The notes beneath the pieces are model-generated. The model did no database searches, had not been told where the DNA came from, and was given only the letters and a program-made list of their open reading frames with translations. A program made the position numbers and the translations under genes. A DNA stretch of 64,000 bases, taken from sequence record PV231354.1; one strand, 5' to 3'. Below, in pieces: positions 9,821 to 18,888 of this stretch. Position 1 is the stretch's first letter; every line of letters starts with the position of its first letter.

Positions 9821-9878
9821 TAACCTTTTGTTAAGACCCCCTGGCCTATAGTCAGGGGGTCGCAAGGAGACACCCGAC

Positions 9879-10070
9879 ATGACCCGCCCCGGCCCCGCCT
9901 CGCTCCTCTCGCCCGCCGCCACCTTCTCGGCGCATAACCTGACCCTTCCGGGCGCTCGCCCTATGCCCCTGCCCAAGGCGCAAGGCCTGACCTATGGCCA
10001 GTGCATCGCCCTGGGCGCGAGCCTGGGCTTGCTGGGCTTCCTCGCCTTGCGCGTGTTCGGTCTGGTCTGA
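9879..10070 (+). CDS. Small protein with C-terminal transmembrane helix
   Basis: AAGGAG SD; hydrophobic C-terminus. Confidence 0.7.
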   Translation: MTRPGPASLLSPAATFSAHNLTLPGARPMPLPKAQGLTYGQCIALGASLGLLGFLALRVFGLV

Positions 10071-10462
10071 CCAGACCCCCGGCGCCCCCGGTCGCCTCGC
10101 GGTAGGGCTGTCCCATATTGAGACGGCCCTACCGGGGTAGTGTTTCTTTTTGGGACGAGGGACCCAAAGGCCCCCTACGTTAACCATTTTTGGCGGCGCC
10201 CCCCGGCGCCTCAGGATAGCATTGAACTTTTCGGTTGACATAATCAGACCCTCAGGCGAAGAAGGGCGCGTTCAGGCCGAGCGGCGCCCCCCGACTAACC
10301 GCCGGTCCAGGCCCCATCCCTTCTCCCCACGTCCCAGTCCACGGGATGCAGGGCCAGGGGGTGGGGCCTTTTTATTTTCCGGCCGGGGACCCACCGGGAA
10401 GGCGTTTTCAAAACCCAAACGCCAAATCGACCCTCAAAAAATTTCCAAAATCATAAACCTGG

Positions 10463-10492
10463 TTGACAGAACCAGACTGGCTGCTAAGTGTT
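10463..10492 (+). promoter_or_regulatory. Sigma70-type promoter for the early/middle gene run
   Basis: TTGACA followed by a GCTAAG-type -10, upstream of the ORF at 10529. Confidence 0.6.
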
Positions 10493-10528
10493 GCTCCACG
10501 ACACGCCAACGCAAGCCCAGGAGGCTCC

Positions 10529-11260
10529 ATGACCGACACCAACACCACCGCCCGCTTCGCCCCGTTCGACTGGCGCGGCTTCATCGCCTTCCCGGCTGAT
10601 GTCGACCTTTCCAAGATCGTCCAGAGCGTCTACGCCCGCAGCCAGCCGCGCGGCCTGGGCATGCTCCACTTCCAGGCCGGTCCGCTGGAAGCCGACCGCG
10701 TCGCCGGCGCCATCGCCAAGGCCGACGAGAAGTTCACCGCCGAGCAGGCCGGTCCGACCCTCGACTATTCGGGCGAGCCCCGCGAGAGCAAGGCCACCTT
10801 CTTCGACTTCGACTATGTCGACGGCCGCTGCGTGAAGTTCCGCCTCTACCGCGACCTCAACACCGGCGCCTTCTACACCGACGTCGAATGGTACGACCAC
10901 GTCTTCATCGACGTCCTGGCCCTGGTCGCCGACACCTTCGGCGTCAATGATACGCAGGCCACCCAGATCATCGCCGACACCGAACTCGCCAAGAAGGCCA
11001 AGGCTAAGGACGAGTTCGACGTCAAGGCCGAAAAAGCCCTGCCGCTGCTGCGCCAAATCCGCCGCGACGGTCCCTTGCGCTTCCTGCGCGACAGCGACGA
11101 GTTCAAGGCCATCGCCGCCAAGCCGAGCATCGAGTTCGCCTACGACCTCGACGGCGATCCGCTGCTGGCCACCAAGTACAACTACGACGACAACACCGTC
11201 ACCTTCAACCTCGACGCCGGCGGGCACAAGCTGCTGGCCGACGACACCGTCACGGCCTGA
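10529..11260 (+). CDS. Hypothetical protein
   Basis: AGGAGG SD; strong codon bias. Confidence 0.85.
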   Translation: MTDTNTTARFAPFDWRGFIAFPADVDLSKIVQSVYARSQPRGLGMLHFQAGPLEADRVAGAIAKADEKFTAEQAGPTLDYSGEPRESKATFFDFDYVDGRCVKFRLYRDLNTGAFYTDVEWYDHVFIDVLALVADTFGVNDTQATQIIADTELAKKAKAKDEFDVKAEKALPLLRQIRRDGPLRFLRDSDEFKAIAAKPSIEFAYDLDGDPLLATKYNYDDNTVTFNLDAGGHKLLADDTVTA

Positions 11261-11268
11261 TCGACGTC

Positions 11269-12015
11269 ATGACCGCCGCCCCCGCCAACGACATCCTGAC
11301 GAGCGATCCGAGCGGCTATGCCCTGCTCGCCGCGCGCGAGACCCTGGCCATCGCCCTCTTCAGCCAGAAGCAGATGGCCAACCTGTCGTCGAAGTTCGTC
11401 GGCGGCGGGGGCTTCGCCCAGTCGACCTGGGCACAAATCTCCCCCGAGCAGCGCGCCAACTGGCGCCTGGACGCCGACAAGTACGTCAATGAGCAGGCCG
11501 GCGACGTCACCGCCGTGACCAAGGACCAGACGCGCAAGCTCGAACTCTGGGAGCGCGAGATGCTGGCGCTGACCGACGGCAACGATCCGGACGGCTATTT
11601 CGACGCCAAGGACAGCCGCGCCGGCAAGACCATCTCCGAGCACTACAAGCAGGAGGTCGCCTACGCCCACAAGCTGACCGGCGACGATCTCCTCAAGGCC
11701 TGGGCGACCGCCGACAGGCTGGGCCTGTCCCTGCCCGCCTTCCCGACCGACTATTTCGACCCGATCGTGGTCGAGAAGGTCGCCCGTCGCCAGTTGACCG
11801 AATGGGAGGCTTCGATCATGGCCTTCAAGGTCAGCGCCTCCGTTGGCTCCTGGCCGGACTACCGGTTTGGCGTGCCGTTCGAGTTCCGCTTCACCGCCGA
11901 GGACGTCCAGGCCCACGAGCGCCATCTCATCACGCCCGGCGCCATGGTCATCTCGACGCCGGCCATGACCAACGCCGACAAGGTCCGCTATGCCGGCGCC
12001 TGGGGCAAGGTCTGA
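11269..12015 (+). CDS. Hypothetical protein
   Basis: Contiguous ORF with phage codon bias. Confidence 0.8.
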   Translation: MTAAPANDILTSDPSGYALLAARETLAIALFSQKQMANLSSKFVGGGGFAQSTWAQISPEQRANWRLDADKYVNEQAGDVTAVTKDQTRKLELWEREMLALTDGNDPDGYFDAKDSRAGKTISEHYKQEVAYAHKLTGDDLLKAWATADRLGLSLPAFPTDYFDPIVVEKVARRQLTEWEASIMAFKVSASVGSWPDYRFGVPFEFRFTAEDVQAHERHLITPGAMVISTPAMTNADKVRYAGAWGKV

Positions 12016-12097
12016 TGGATCGTCTCGACCGCGTCATTCTCGCCGCCTTCGTCATCACCCTCGGCTGTTTCGCCGTTCAAGCCTGGACCCTCTGCTG

Positions 12098-12379
12098 ATG
12101 CGCTTCTTCGGCTTCCTCCTCACCGCCGCCCTGCTCAGCCTGCCCCTTGCTCTGGCCGCGTGCGGCGGCCCGGTCGAAAAGCACGACGAGGTCATCGCCG
12201 TGACCAAGGAAGGCTGCGCGGTCCACAAAATCTACACCTCCCAGGGCATCCTCTCGTCCGACGAGGTCTACACCACCATCTGCCCGGACGGTTCGACCAA
12301 GTCGGACTGGAAGACGACCCGCATGGTCGGCAAGACCATCTACGTCGACAAGCACCACTCCGAAACCCCGGCCCGCTGA
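12098..12379 (+). CDS. Putative lipoprotein
   Basis: Hydrophobic signal peptide ending in lipobox LALAA-C. Confidence 0.7.
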   Translation: MRFFGFLLTAALLSLPLALAACGGPVEKHDEVIAVTKEGCAVHKIYTSQGILSSDEVYTTICPDGSTKSDWKTTRMVGKTIYVDKHHSETPAR

Positions 12380-12837
12380 TGCCCAACCTCCCCTCGCGCT
12401 ACGATCACGAGCAGGTCATCGCCCTCTACGAGAGCGGCATGACCTTCATGGAGATCGCCGACAAGATCGGTGGCCAGCACAACTCGCTGCGCACGATCGT
12501 CGCCAAGAAGGCACCGCACCTGCTGCGCCCGGCTGGCCCGCGCCCGAAGTTCGACCACGCCGAGGCGATCGACCTCTACATGAGCGGCGAGGAGAACTAC
12601 GAGTCCCTGGCCCAGCGCTACGGCGTGTCGCGCTCGGCGGTCCAGCAGATCGTCAGCGGCAAGGCCAAGGGGCGTCGCCCGACCAAGCGCCGGCCCTCGC
12701 CGCGCGCCAAGATCAGGATCGACGAACTGCTCGCCCTCAAGGCCAAGGGTCTGCGCAACGCCGATCTGGCGCGCCACTTCGGCTGCTCGCCGGCCGCCAT
12801 CTCCAACACCTTCCGGAAACTGGACGCCCAAGTATGA
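12379..12837 (+). CDS. Multi-HTH DNA-binding protein
   Basis: Three HTH-like repeats (FMEIADKIG, YESLAQRYGVSRSAVQQI, NADLARHFGCSPAAISN). Confidence 0.75.
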   Translation: MPNLPSRYDHEQVIALYESGMTFMEIADKIGGQHNSLRTIVAKKAPHLLRPAGPRPKFDHAEAIDLYMSGEENYESLAQRYGVSRSAVQQIVSGKAKGRRPTKRRPSPRAKIRIDELLALKAKGLRNADLARHFGCSPAAISNTFRKLDAQV

Positions 12838-13364
12838 ACGCCCTCGCCACCCTGATCCTCCAGAAGGATTTCACGATCAACGCCCTGCGCGGCGCCAAGG
12901 GCTTCGACTACTTCCCGGTCATCCTGGCCGATGCCGCCGGCTGGAAGAGCGCCAAGCACTACGGATCGATGGAGGACGCGACCAAGTTCGAGACCTTGCT
13001 CGACGGCAGCAACGTGCTGATCTTCAACCACGCCCCGATCTGGATCGAGCCCGAACTGGCCCTGGGCCGCTCGACCAAGGACGGCACCGCGCCCGGTGGC
13101 AGTTTGCACTTCCTCCTCTTGGGCAACAAGGGCGCCGAGGAGTACAAGAAGGCGCGCCTGGAGGCCCGCGAGGGCCTGTCCCAGGTCCGCTGGCCCAAGG
13201 GCGGGGACTTGCAGACCGCCGCCGCCAACTTCCGCACCGTCCACCCGTTCTTCGAGTTCCCGACCGGGAACCTCTCCGAAGAGGGCGTCGCCCACTTCCT
13301 CTACCTGCCCGACAGCCTGAGCGTGCGCTTCATGCTGCCGGCCGAGATCGATCTGGACGCCTGA
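12834..13364 (+). CDS. Hypothetical protein
   Basis: ATGA overlap with upstream gene. Confidence 0.75.
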   Translation: MNALATLILQKDFTINALRGAKGFDYFPVILADAAGWKSAKHYGSMEDATKFETLLDGSNVLIFNHAPIWIEPELALGRSTKDGTAPGGSLHFLLLGNKGAEEYKKARLEAREGLSQVRWPKGGDLQTAAANFRTVHPFFEFPTGNLSEEGVAHFLYLPDSLSVRFMLPAEIDLDA

Positions 13365-13365
13365 C

Positions 13366-13560
13366 ATGAGCAGCGAGTTCGACCGCAGCGCGCAGATCGA
13401 GGTCATCGCCATCGGGCTCTACGAGAGCAAGGTGCGCGCCCTTGGTCCCGACAGCGCCAAATACTGGCCCTCCTGGGAAGGGCAAGTCCCCCTGGAGCGC
13501 GCCCGCTGGCGCCAGCAGGCCAAACGCATGATCCTCGAAAGCCGGGACCAGAAAATCTGA
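13366..13560 (+). CDS. Small hypothetical protein (paralogue of the next ORF)
   Basis: Shared IAIGLYES/LALGLYES motif. Confidence 0.75.
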   Translation: MSSEFDRSAQIEVIAIGLYESKVRALGPDSAKYWPSWEGQVPLERARWRQQAKRMILESRDQKI

Positions 13561-13799
13561 TGACCGTCACCTGCCCCGCCTGCGCCGCCCAATGGGACGG
13601 CCTGGATGAAGCCGTCTCCGTTGCCGAGGTCGAACTCTTGGCGCTCGGGCTCTACGAGAGCCAGCAGCGCATGTTCGGCCCCGGCGTGGACGAGCCCCGC
13701 AAGTCCTGGTCCGAAGCGCGCCTATCCACCCGTCAGACCTTCCGCGCCATGGCCATGAAGCTGATCGACGAGCACCTGGAAAACCGCGAGCCCGCATGA
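13560..13799 (+). CDS. Small hypothetical protein
   Basis: Translationally coupled; paralogous motif. Confidence 0.75.
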   Translation: MTVTCPACAAQWDGLDEAVSVAEVELLALGLYESQQRMFGPGVDEPRKSWSEARLSTRQTFRAMAMKLIDEHLENREPA

Positions 13800-14008
13800 C
13801 CGACCACGCCTACTACCTGCCGGCCCTGCGCCGGATGCGCAACGCCATCCACGAGATCAGGGATCAGGGGCTGCGCTCCTGGGCCGCCATCCAGTACAAG
13901 TTCGTGGAGTCGCGCCTGCGCGATCGGCGCTCCACCGAGGCCGACATCACCGTGCTCGAACTGCACATGACCGATGAGGACCGCGCCCGGCGGCCGTTGG
14001 CGGCATGA
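13796..14008 (+). CDS. Hypothetical protein
   Basis: ATGA overlaps at both ends. Confidence 0.7.
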   Translation: MTDHAYYLPALRRMRNAIHEIRDQGLRSWAAIQYKFVESRLRDRRSTEADITVLELHMTDEDRARRPLAA

Positions 14009-14424
14009 ACATCTTCAAGCGCCTGCTTTACCGGATCGCCGGCGTCGCGCCGATTAGCGTCCCGAAGACCGCCGCCTTGGTCGCCGCCGTCTGGTGGGCC
14101 ACGCGCATGGACGTCGACAAGGCCGTCGATCCGGGCACGAGCGACGAGGAGAAGCTGCTCATCGTCGACACCTTCCAGGACGAGCTTTGCCGGCTGATCG
14201 ACGGGCGGCTGCGCCGCATCGGCAAGAAGGACTGGTTCTCGCTCGACTTCGACTACACGCCCGACCCGCTGCTGGGCGAGGCCCTGCGCAGGGCCGGCGT
14301 CTCCCGCAGCGTCTGGAGCGACTTGTGGCTCAACAAAACCCGCATGACCGTCCAGCGCCATCAACTCAGCGTCAAGCCGGGCTACGGCCTGGAGCGCTAC
14401 ACCATCCCCATCGGAGAATCCTGA
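14005..14424 (+). CDS. Hypothetical protein
   Basis: Translationally coupled. Confidence 0.75.
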   Translation: MNIFKRLLYRIAGVAPISVPKTAALVAAVWWATRMDVDKAVDPGTSDEEKLLIVDTFQDELCRLIDGRLRRIGKKDWFSLDFDYTPDPLLGEALRRAGVSRSVWSDLWLNKTRMTVQRHQLSVKPGYGLERYTIPIGES

Positions 14425-14426
14425 CC

Positions 14427-14717
14427 ATGGCCCTCTTCCGCAAGAAGCCCGTCGTCATCGAGGCCATCACCTTCGACGAACTGGTCCAGCACGGCCTTTC
14501 CGTCCACGGCGCCCATCTCGTCAACGGCATGCCCTGGTCGTTCACCTACAAGGGCCAGCCGATCACCCACGAGAACGACGACACCTACCTGATCCCGACC
14601 CTGGAGGGCACCATGGCCTTCCGTCGCGGCGACATGCTGATCACCGGCGTCAAGGGTGAAATCTACCCCTGCGAGAAGTCCATCTTCGAGGCGACCTATG
14701 AGCAAGTCCAAGCCTGA
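14427..14717 (+). CDS. Conserved phage protein (PGDYG-like family)
   Basis: FRKKPVVIEA...IPTLEGTM...GD.LI.GVKGEIYPC...IFEATYE motif. Confidence 0.8.
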   Translation: MALFRKKPVVIEAITFDELVQHGLSVHGAHLVNGMPWSFTYKGQPITHENDDTYLIPTLEGTMAFRRGDMLITGVKGEIYPCEKSIFEATYEQVQA

Positions 14718-14982
14718 TCTGCTGGCGGTCGGCGAGCGCCGGCACGAGACCTGCCGCTTTGGTCGCCTGACCGAGCAGTGGGAAGTCGATCCGCGCACCG
14801 GCAAGGAGACGCCGGGCACGGCCCCGCTCTGCACCTGGGAGCCCGAGGGCGATGTGCCGCCGGCCCACAAGCGGGTCTGGGGCGGGATCATCGAGCTTGA
14901 CCGCGACTGCGCCGTCTGCTTCGCCTACCGCGAGTTGCCGGCCGCGCGCTTTGTCCTGCCGCCCAAGGATGCCGCCGCGTGA
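14698..14982 (+). CDS. Hypothetical Cys-containing protein
   Basis: Contiguous ORF. Confidence 0.6.
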   Translation: MSKSKPDLLAVGERRHETCRFGRLTEQWEVDPRTGKETPGTAPLCTWEPEGDVPPAHKRVWGGIIELDRDCAVCFAYRELPAARFVLPPKDAAA

Positions 14983-15389
14983 CCCACGAAGACGCCGACA
15001 TGTTCGAGGAGTTCTTCCCGGAGAACCGCCCGCCGGTCAAGTCGTGGGGCTTCTCCAAGCACCCGCGCTACCGCGCCCAGCGCGTGGGCTCGTCCGGCAG
15101 TAGCGCCCCGCCCTTCTTCGACTGGCGCGTCAGCCGGCGCCTGCCGCTGCCGTGGGTCAACATCTACGTCCCGCTGCGCCTGTGGGTCGTCGACAAGCCG
15201 GGCGAGATGCCCGTCAAGCGCTGGGCGCGCTACAACACCTCCGAGGGGGCCGAGAAGTTCATCGCCACCAAGCCGGCCTTCTTCCCGAAGAAACCCATCG
15301 GCGTCCTCAACGACGTTCTCTACTTCAACGAGCAGGGCGCGGGCGTGATCCTCGGCGCCGCGAAGGTCCGCAAGGAGCGCCTCTATTGA
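14979..15389 (+). CDS. Hypothetical protein
   Basis: GTGA coupling. Confidence 0.7.
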   Translation: MTHEDADMFEEFFPENRPPVKSWGFSKHPRYRAQRVGSSGSSAPPFFDWRVSRRLPLPWVNIYVPLRLWVVDKPGEMPVKRWARYNTSEGAEKFIATKPAFFPKKPIGVLNDVLYFNEQGAGVILGAAKVRKERLY

Positions 15390-16063
15390 CCCATCTTCGC
15401 CTCGGCCAGTTCGACCGCGACTACGCCACTCAGAAGACCCAGTGGGTCCCGCGCGGCTTCTCCAAGCAGTCCGACCGCTACGTCTATCCCAACACCGGGT
15501 GGTCGTGGACCGACTGGGGCGGCGAGGTCAAGGACACCTACGACACCCTGGAGCAGGCCAAGTCCGCGATCACCTCCGGCTACCTGAAGGACATGATCAA
15601 GGCCCAGGACATCGTCGACATCGTCTTCCTGGAGGTCAAGGTCGACCGCCAGATCGTCGAGAAGAAGTCGGTCAAGGCCTACACCGGCGCCGGCAAGCTC
15701 AAGGCCTTGACCGAGCCGGTCTTCCACGTGGGTCCTGGCAAGACGGCGCTCACCATGGGCGACTACGTCTTCCTCAACCTGAACGGCCGCAGCGAGCCCG
15801 ACATCTTTGGCCGCGTGATGGCGATCCACAAGGACATCGCCACCGTCTGGATATTGAACGGCGCCTGGACGCTGCTGATGCGCCTGGACGGCCTGGACCT
15901 CTTCATCGCGGCGGACGATCGCTCGGGCATGGGTGGCAAGCCCATCCATCTCCATTACGTCGGCCCGCTGCCCGATCCCACCATCGCCCCCCGCGACTAC
16001 GAAGGCCAGCTTGAGGCCCTGCGCGGCATGCAGTCCAACGGCTGTCACTACAACAAGGCCTGA
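15386..16063 (+). CDS. Hypothetical protein
   Basis: TTG start overlapping upstream stop; strong codon bias. Confidence 0.7.
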   Translation: MTHLRLGQFDRDYATQKTQWVPRGFSKQSDRYVYPNTGWSWTDWGGEVKDTYDTLEQAKSAITSGYLKDMIKAQDIVDIVFLEVKVDRQIVEKKSVKAYTGAGKLKALTEPVFHVGPGKTALTMGDYVFLNLNGRSEPDIFGRVMAIHKDIATVWILNGAWTLLMRLDGLDLFIAADDRSGMGGKPIHLHYVGPLPDPTIAPRDYEGQLEALRGMQSNGCHYNKA

Positions 16064-16067
16064 TCCC

Positions 16068-16922
16068 ATGACCGACCAACCCCTCGACCCGCTCGACCGC
16101 ACCATCCTCGACCTCCTCCAGGAGGAAGGCGCCGAGGTCCTGATCGAGTTCGCCCCGCTCGTCGGCCGGCTGATCAAGGTCGCCTCCAAGGTCAAGCGCT
16201 TCGGCAACGGCCGCAATCCGTTCGAGCCCGACGCCAAGCCCAACTTCGAGCTTCTCCAGGACGAGGTCGGCGACTTCGAGGCCCTGGTCGACATCCTGAT
16301 CGAGCGTGGCGTCCTGACCCGCGAGGGCATCGACGCGCGCAAGGTCTGGAAGCGCGGCATGCTGCGCGAGCACAAGACCCTGCCGGACGCGGCTTTCCTG
16401 CCCCCGGTCAGCGTGCCGTCGCCGCTTGACGACTTCCCGCCCGGCAACCCGGTCGTCCAAGCGGCCAAGGCCGCGCGCAACGGCGGCTATGTCGCCCTGT
16501 TTGGCGGGCACGCGCCGTCGGCCTTCCCGGATTACGACCTGCCGCCGTTGGAGATACGCCGGGCGGTCCCCGATGAGCCGGGCTTCCACTCGACCACCGA
16601 CGGGGTCACCGTCGAGCGCTTCGACGTGCGCCCGCCGAGCCCTGCGGTGACCGGCAAGGACCTCTACGAGGCCTATTACACCAAGGCGCGTGTCGCCGAC
16701 CATCTGCCCTCCTGGGATGATCTGCCGCCGGACAACCAGCGCCTGTGGGATGAAGCGGCCAAGAAGGGGCTGACCAAGCCTGAGTCGCGCGGCAAGGCCC
16801 TCTACACCCGCTACTGCGACACCCAGGGCATCCACTCCAACCGCTTCCCCGGCTGGAGCGAACTGTCGGCCGAGAACCAGCGCCTGTGGGACGAAGCCGC
16901 GAAAGCCGGGGTTAACCTGTGA
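16068..16922 (+). CDS. MazG-like NTP pyrophosphohydrolase domain plus two C-terminal repeats
   Basis: LQEEGAEV...ASKVKRFG...LQDEVGDFEAL resembles the phage MazG-like all-alpha NTP-PPase pattern. Confidence 0.6.
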   Translation: MTDQPLDPLDRTILDLLQEEGAEVLIEFAPLVGRLIKVASKVKRFGNGRNPFEPDAKPNFELLQDEVGDFEALVDILIERGVLTREGIDARKVWKRGMLREHKTLPDAAFLPPVSVPSPLDDFPPGNPVVQAAKAARNGGYVALFGGHAPSAFPDYDLPPLEIRRAVPDEPGFHSTTDGVTVERFDVRPPSPAVTGKDLYEAYYTKARVADHLPSWDDLPPDNQRLWDEAAKKGLTKPESRGKALYTRYCDTQGIHSNRFPGWSELSAENQRLWDEAAKAGVNL

Positions 16923-17155
16923 TCGAAGAGACCCTCGTCACCGCGCCGATCGACCCCGTGGATCGCAAGGAGCGCTTCCGCAAGTACGCCAAGGCCCGTC
17001 ACCTGCACGAGACCGACTTCGGCTGCTCGGCCTGGAGCCCTGAGGAGCAGGAGCAGTTTCGCGACGGCGTCAAGGCGCGCATCGCCCGGATCGAGGCGTC
17101 CGATCCGGACTTCCCGGCCCTGTTCGAGGAGACCCGGATGCGGAGGGCGTCGTGA
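16919..17155 (+). CDS. Hypothetical protein
   Basis: GTGA coupling. Confidence 0.7.
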   Translation: MIEETLVTAPIDPVDRKERFRKYAKARHLHETDFGCSAWSPEEQEQFRDGVKARIARIEASDPDFPALFEETRMRRAS

Positions 17156-17370
17156 AGCGCGCCCAGTGCAAGGCCGGGCGGCTCCTGCTGGGCTGGACCC
17201 AGGCTGAACTTGCCGACGCCGCCGGCTGCGCGGTCTCCACCGTCGCCGACTACGAGCGCGGCGCCCGGCGCACCGATGAGAGCATCATCCGCCGCTTCGT
17301 CGACTCCTTCTCCCGCCGGGGCGTGCGCTTCACCCGCACCTCCGTCATCCACCCTGAGTTCAAGGCCTGA
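17152..17370 (+). CDS. XRE-family HTH regulator
   Basis: GRLLLGWTQAELADAAGCAVSTVADYERG. Confidence 0.85.
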   Translation: MKRAQCKAGRLLLGWTQAELADAAGCAVSTVADYERGARRTDESIIRRFVDSFSRRGVRFTRTSVIHPEFKA

Positions 17371-17372
17371 TC

Positions 17373-18630
17373 ATGAGCTATGCTGAGCCCGACCTGGAGA
17401 ACGACGTCGATCTCCTCCGCCACGTCGCCGAGCGCCTGATGCACCTCCCACCGGCGGTCATGGGCATGAACGGCTACCACATCGACCGGCTGAACGAGAT
17501 CGCCAGCAAGCTGGAGAAGGGTGAGGCGTGACCGACATCTACGCCCGCATCATGGCGAGCCCGCCGACCGGGTCCTGCGACATGTGCAAGACCGCGCCGG
17601 CGATCCGCTGGTTCGGGCAGTCCTCTGTTGCCCACTGCGGCGCCCAGGCCTGCATCGACGCCTGCAACGCCCAGGCGCGGGAGACCCTGGCGCGGATCGA
17701 GCGCGAGCAGCAGCCGCAGGAAGAGTCATGATCCCCTACGAGGTCCGCCAGCAGCACGATGAGTGGGGCAACGCCGGGCATCTACTGTCGGTGATGGACG
17801 CGGGCAAGCTGCGCGACAACGACTGGCGGCGGGTCTCGGGCGATTGCACTTGCGAGACCTGCGGCAAGCTCTACTATGACCATCCGCCCGTCCTGGGCGC
17901 CCTTTGGCTCAACCGCATCTGCAACGGCGATCTGGTGAAATTGTGACTCAAGTCCCTGAACCCGCCCTGCGCGATCTCTTCGTCGCGGTCGAGCGCCAGA
18001 AGCTGCGGCTGGCCTTCCTGCCGGACGCCTTCTACGACGTGCGCATCAGGGGCCAGGACACCTTCGCGCGCGACGACATCGAGGCGATGTACCAGCGCTT
18101 TGCTCGCGATGCCCGCCACTTCCTGAGCGGCTGGGACGCGGGCGTCCATCACGCCCTCGACTACAACGATGGCGGGTCCGAGACCCAGCGCCTGACCGCG
18201 CTGCGCAACGCCCTGGGGGTTCTGTGACCGATCTGCGCGAGCGCTACGAATCCTGGGTGATCACCAACACCCTCAAGTCGTGCGAGAAGAAGGGCATGTC
18301 CTGGGTCACCGAGGACAGCATCCGCACGTCGATCCTCATGCGCGCGGCCGAGCGCCCGGAGGAGTACGAGATCAACGACATCCAGGCCGGCTACGTCGGC
18401 TTCCTGGCGGGCTATCGCTTGAGGGGCGCCTAGTGAACCGTGACGGCATCCTGATCAAGACCTGGGAGGTCCACTGCCGGGCCTGCCAGCAGCCCAACCT
18501 CGGCATCCGGGGCGACAACACGGCCGCGCAGGTGCAACTCCGCAAGGAGGGCTGGCGCATCCGGGGCGAGCGCTGGGTCTGTGGGGATTGCGTTGACCAC
18601 GTGCCAATCGGCCACCGGTGGCCAATTTGA
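17373..18630 (+). other. Run of six small coupled hypothetical ORFs (17373-17531, 17528-17731, 17728-17946, 17943-18227, 18224-18433, 18433-18630), several with CxxC motifs
   Basis: Overlapping start/stop codons throughout. Confidence 0.65.
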
Positions 18631-18679
18631 GGCCGAATGGCTTACCTATCGTCCATATAGGGCCGATATGCCTTACGTA

Positions 18680-18886
18680 TCAGGCGCCGGCCATGAACCG
18701 GCGGACCTGGAGGTAGCGGCCGAGCAGGTCGTGCAGCACCTCGGCCTCCTTGAGCGTGATGATCTGCTCGCCCAGCGACGTTGGGCCTTCCAGGGCGACC
18801 AGCACCTGCTCGTCGACCGCGTCCTCGACCGTGACCAGGATCGGGTTGCCGAGTTCGTTGATGAAGGCCTTCTGGATCGTGCGCAT
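18680..18886 (-). CDS. Hypothetical protein
   Basis: MRTIQKAFINELGNP..., directly downstream of the minus-strand protease gene. Confidence 0.65.
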   Translation of the reverse strand: MRTIQKAFINELGNPILVTVEDAVDEQVLVALEGPTSLGEQIITLKEAEVLHDLLGRYLQVRRFMAGA

Positions 18887-18888
18887 GC

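Larger units (their letters stand above)
2313..9834 (+). promoter_or_regulatory. Twelve CtrA-box (TTAA-N7-TTAA) promoters heading early/LTR gene cassettes
   Basis: Perfect boxes at 3027, 4277, 4858, 5753, 6455, 8753 and 9345; one-mismatch boxes at 2313, 2579, 3854, 6805 and 9820; consensus TTAACCTTTTGTTAAGA followed by a (G/T)CTA-type -10. Confidence 0.85.
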
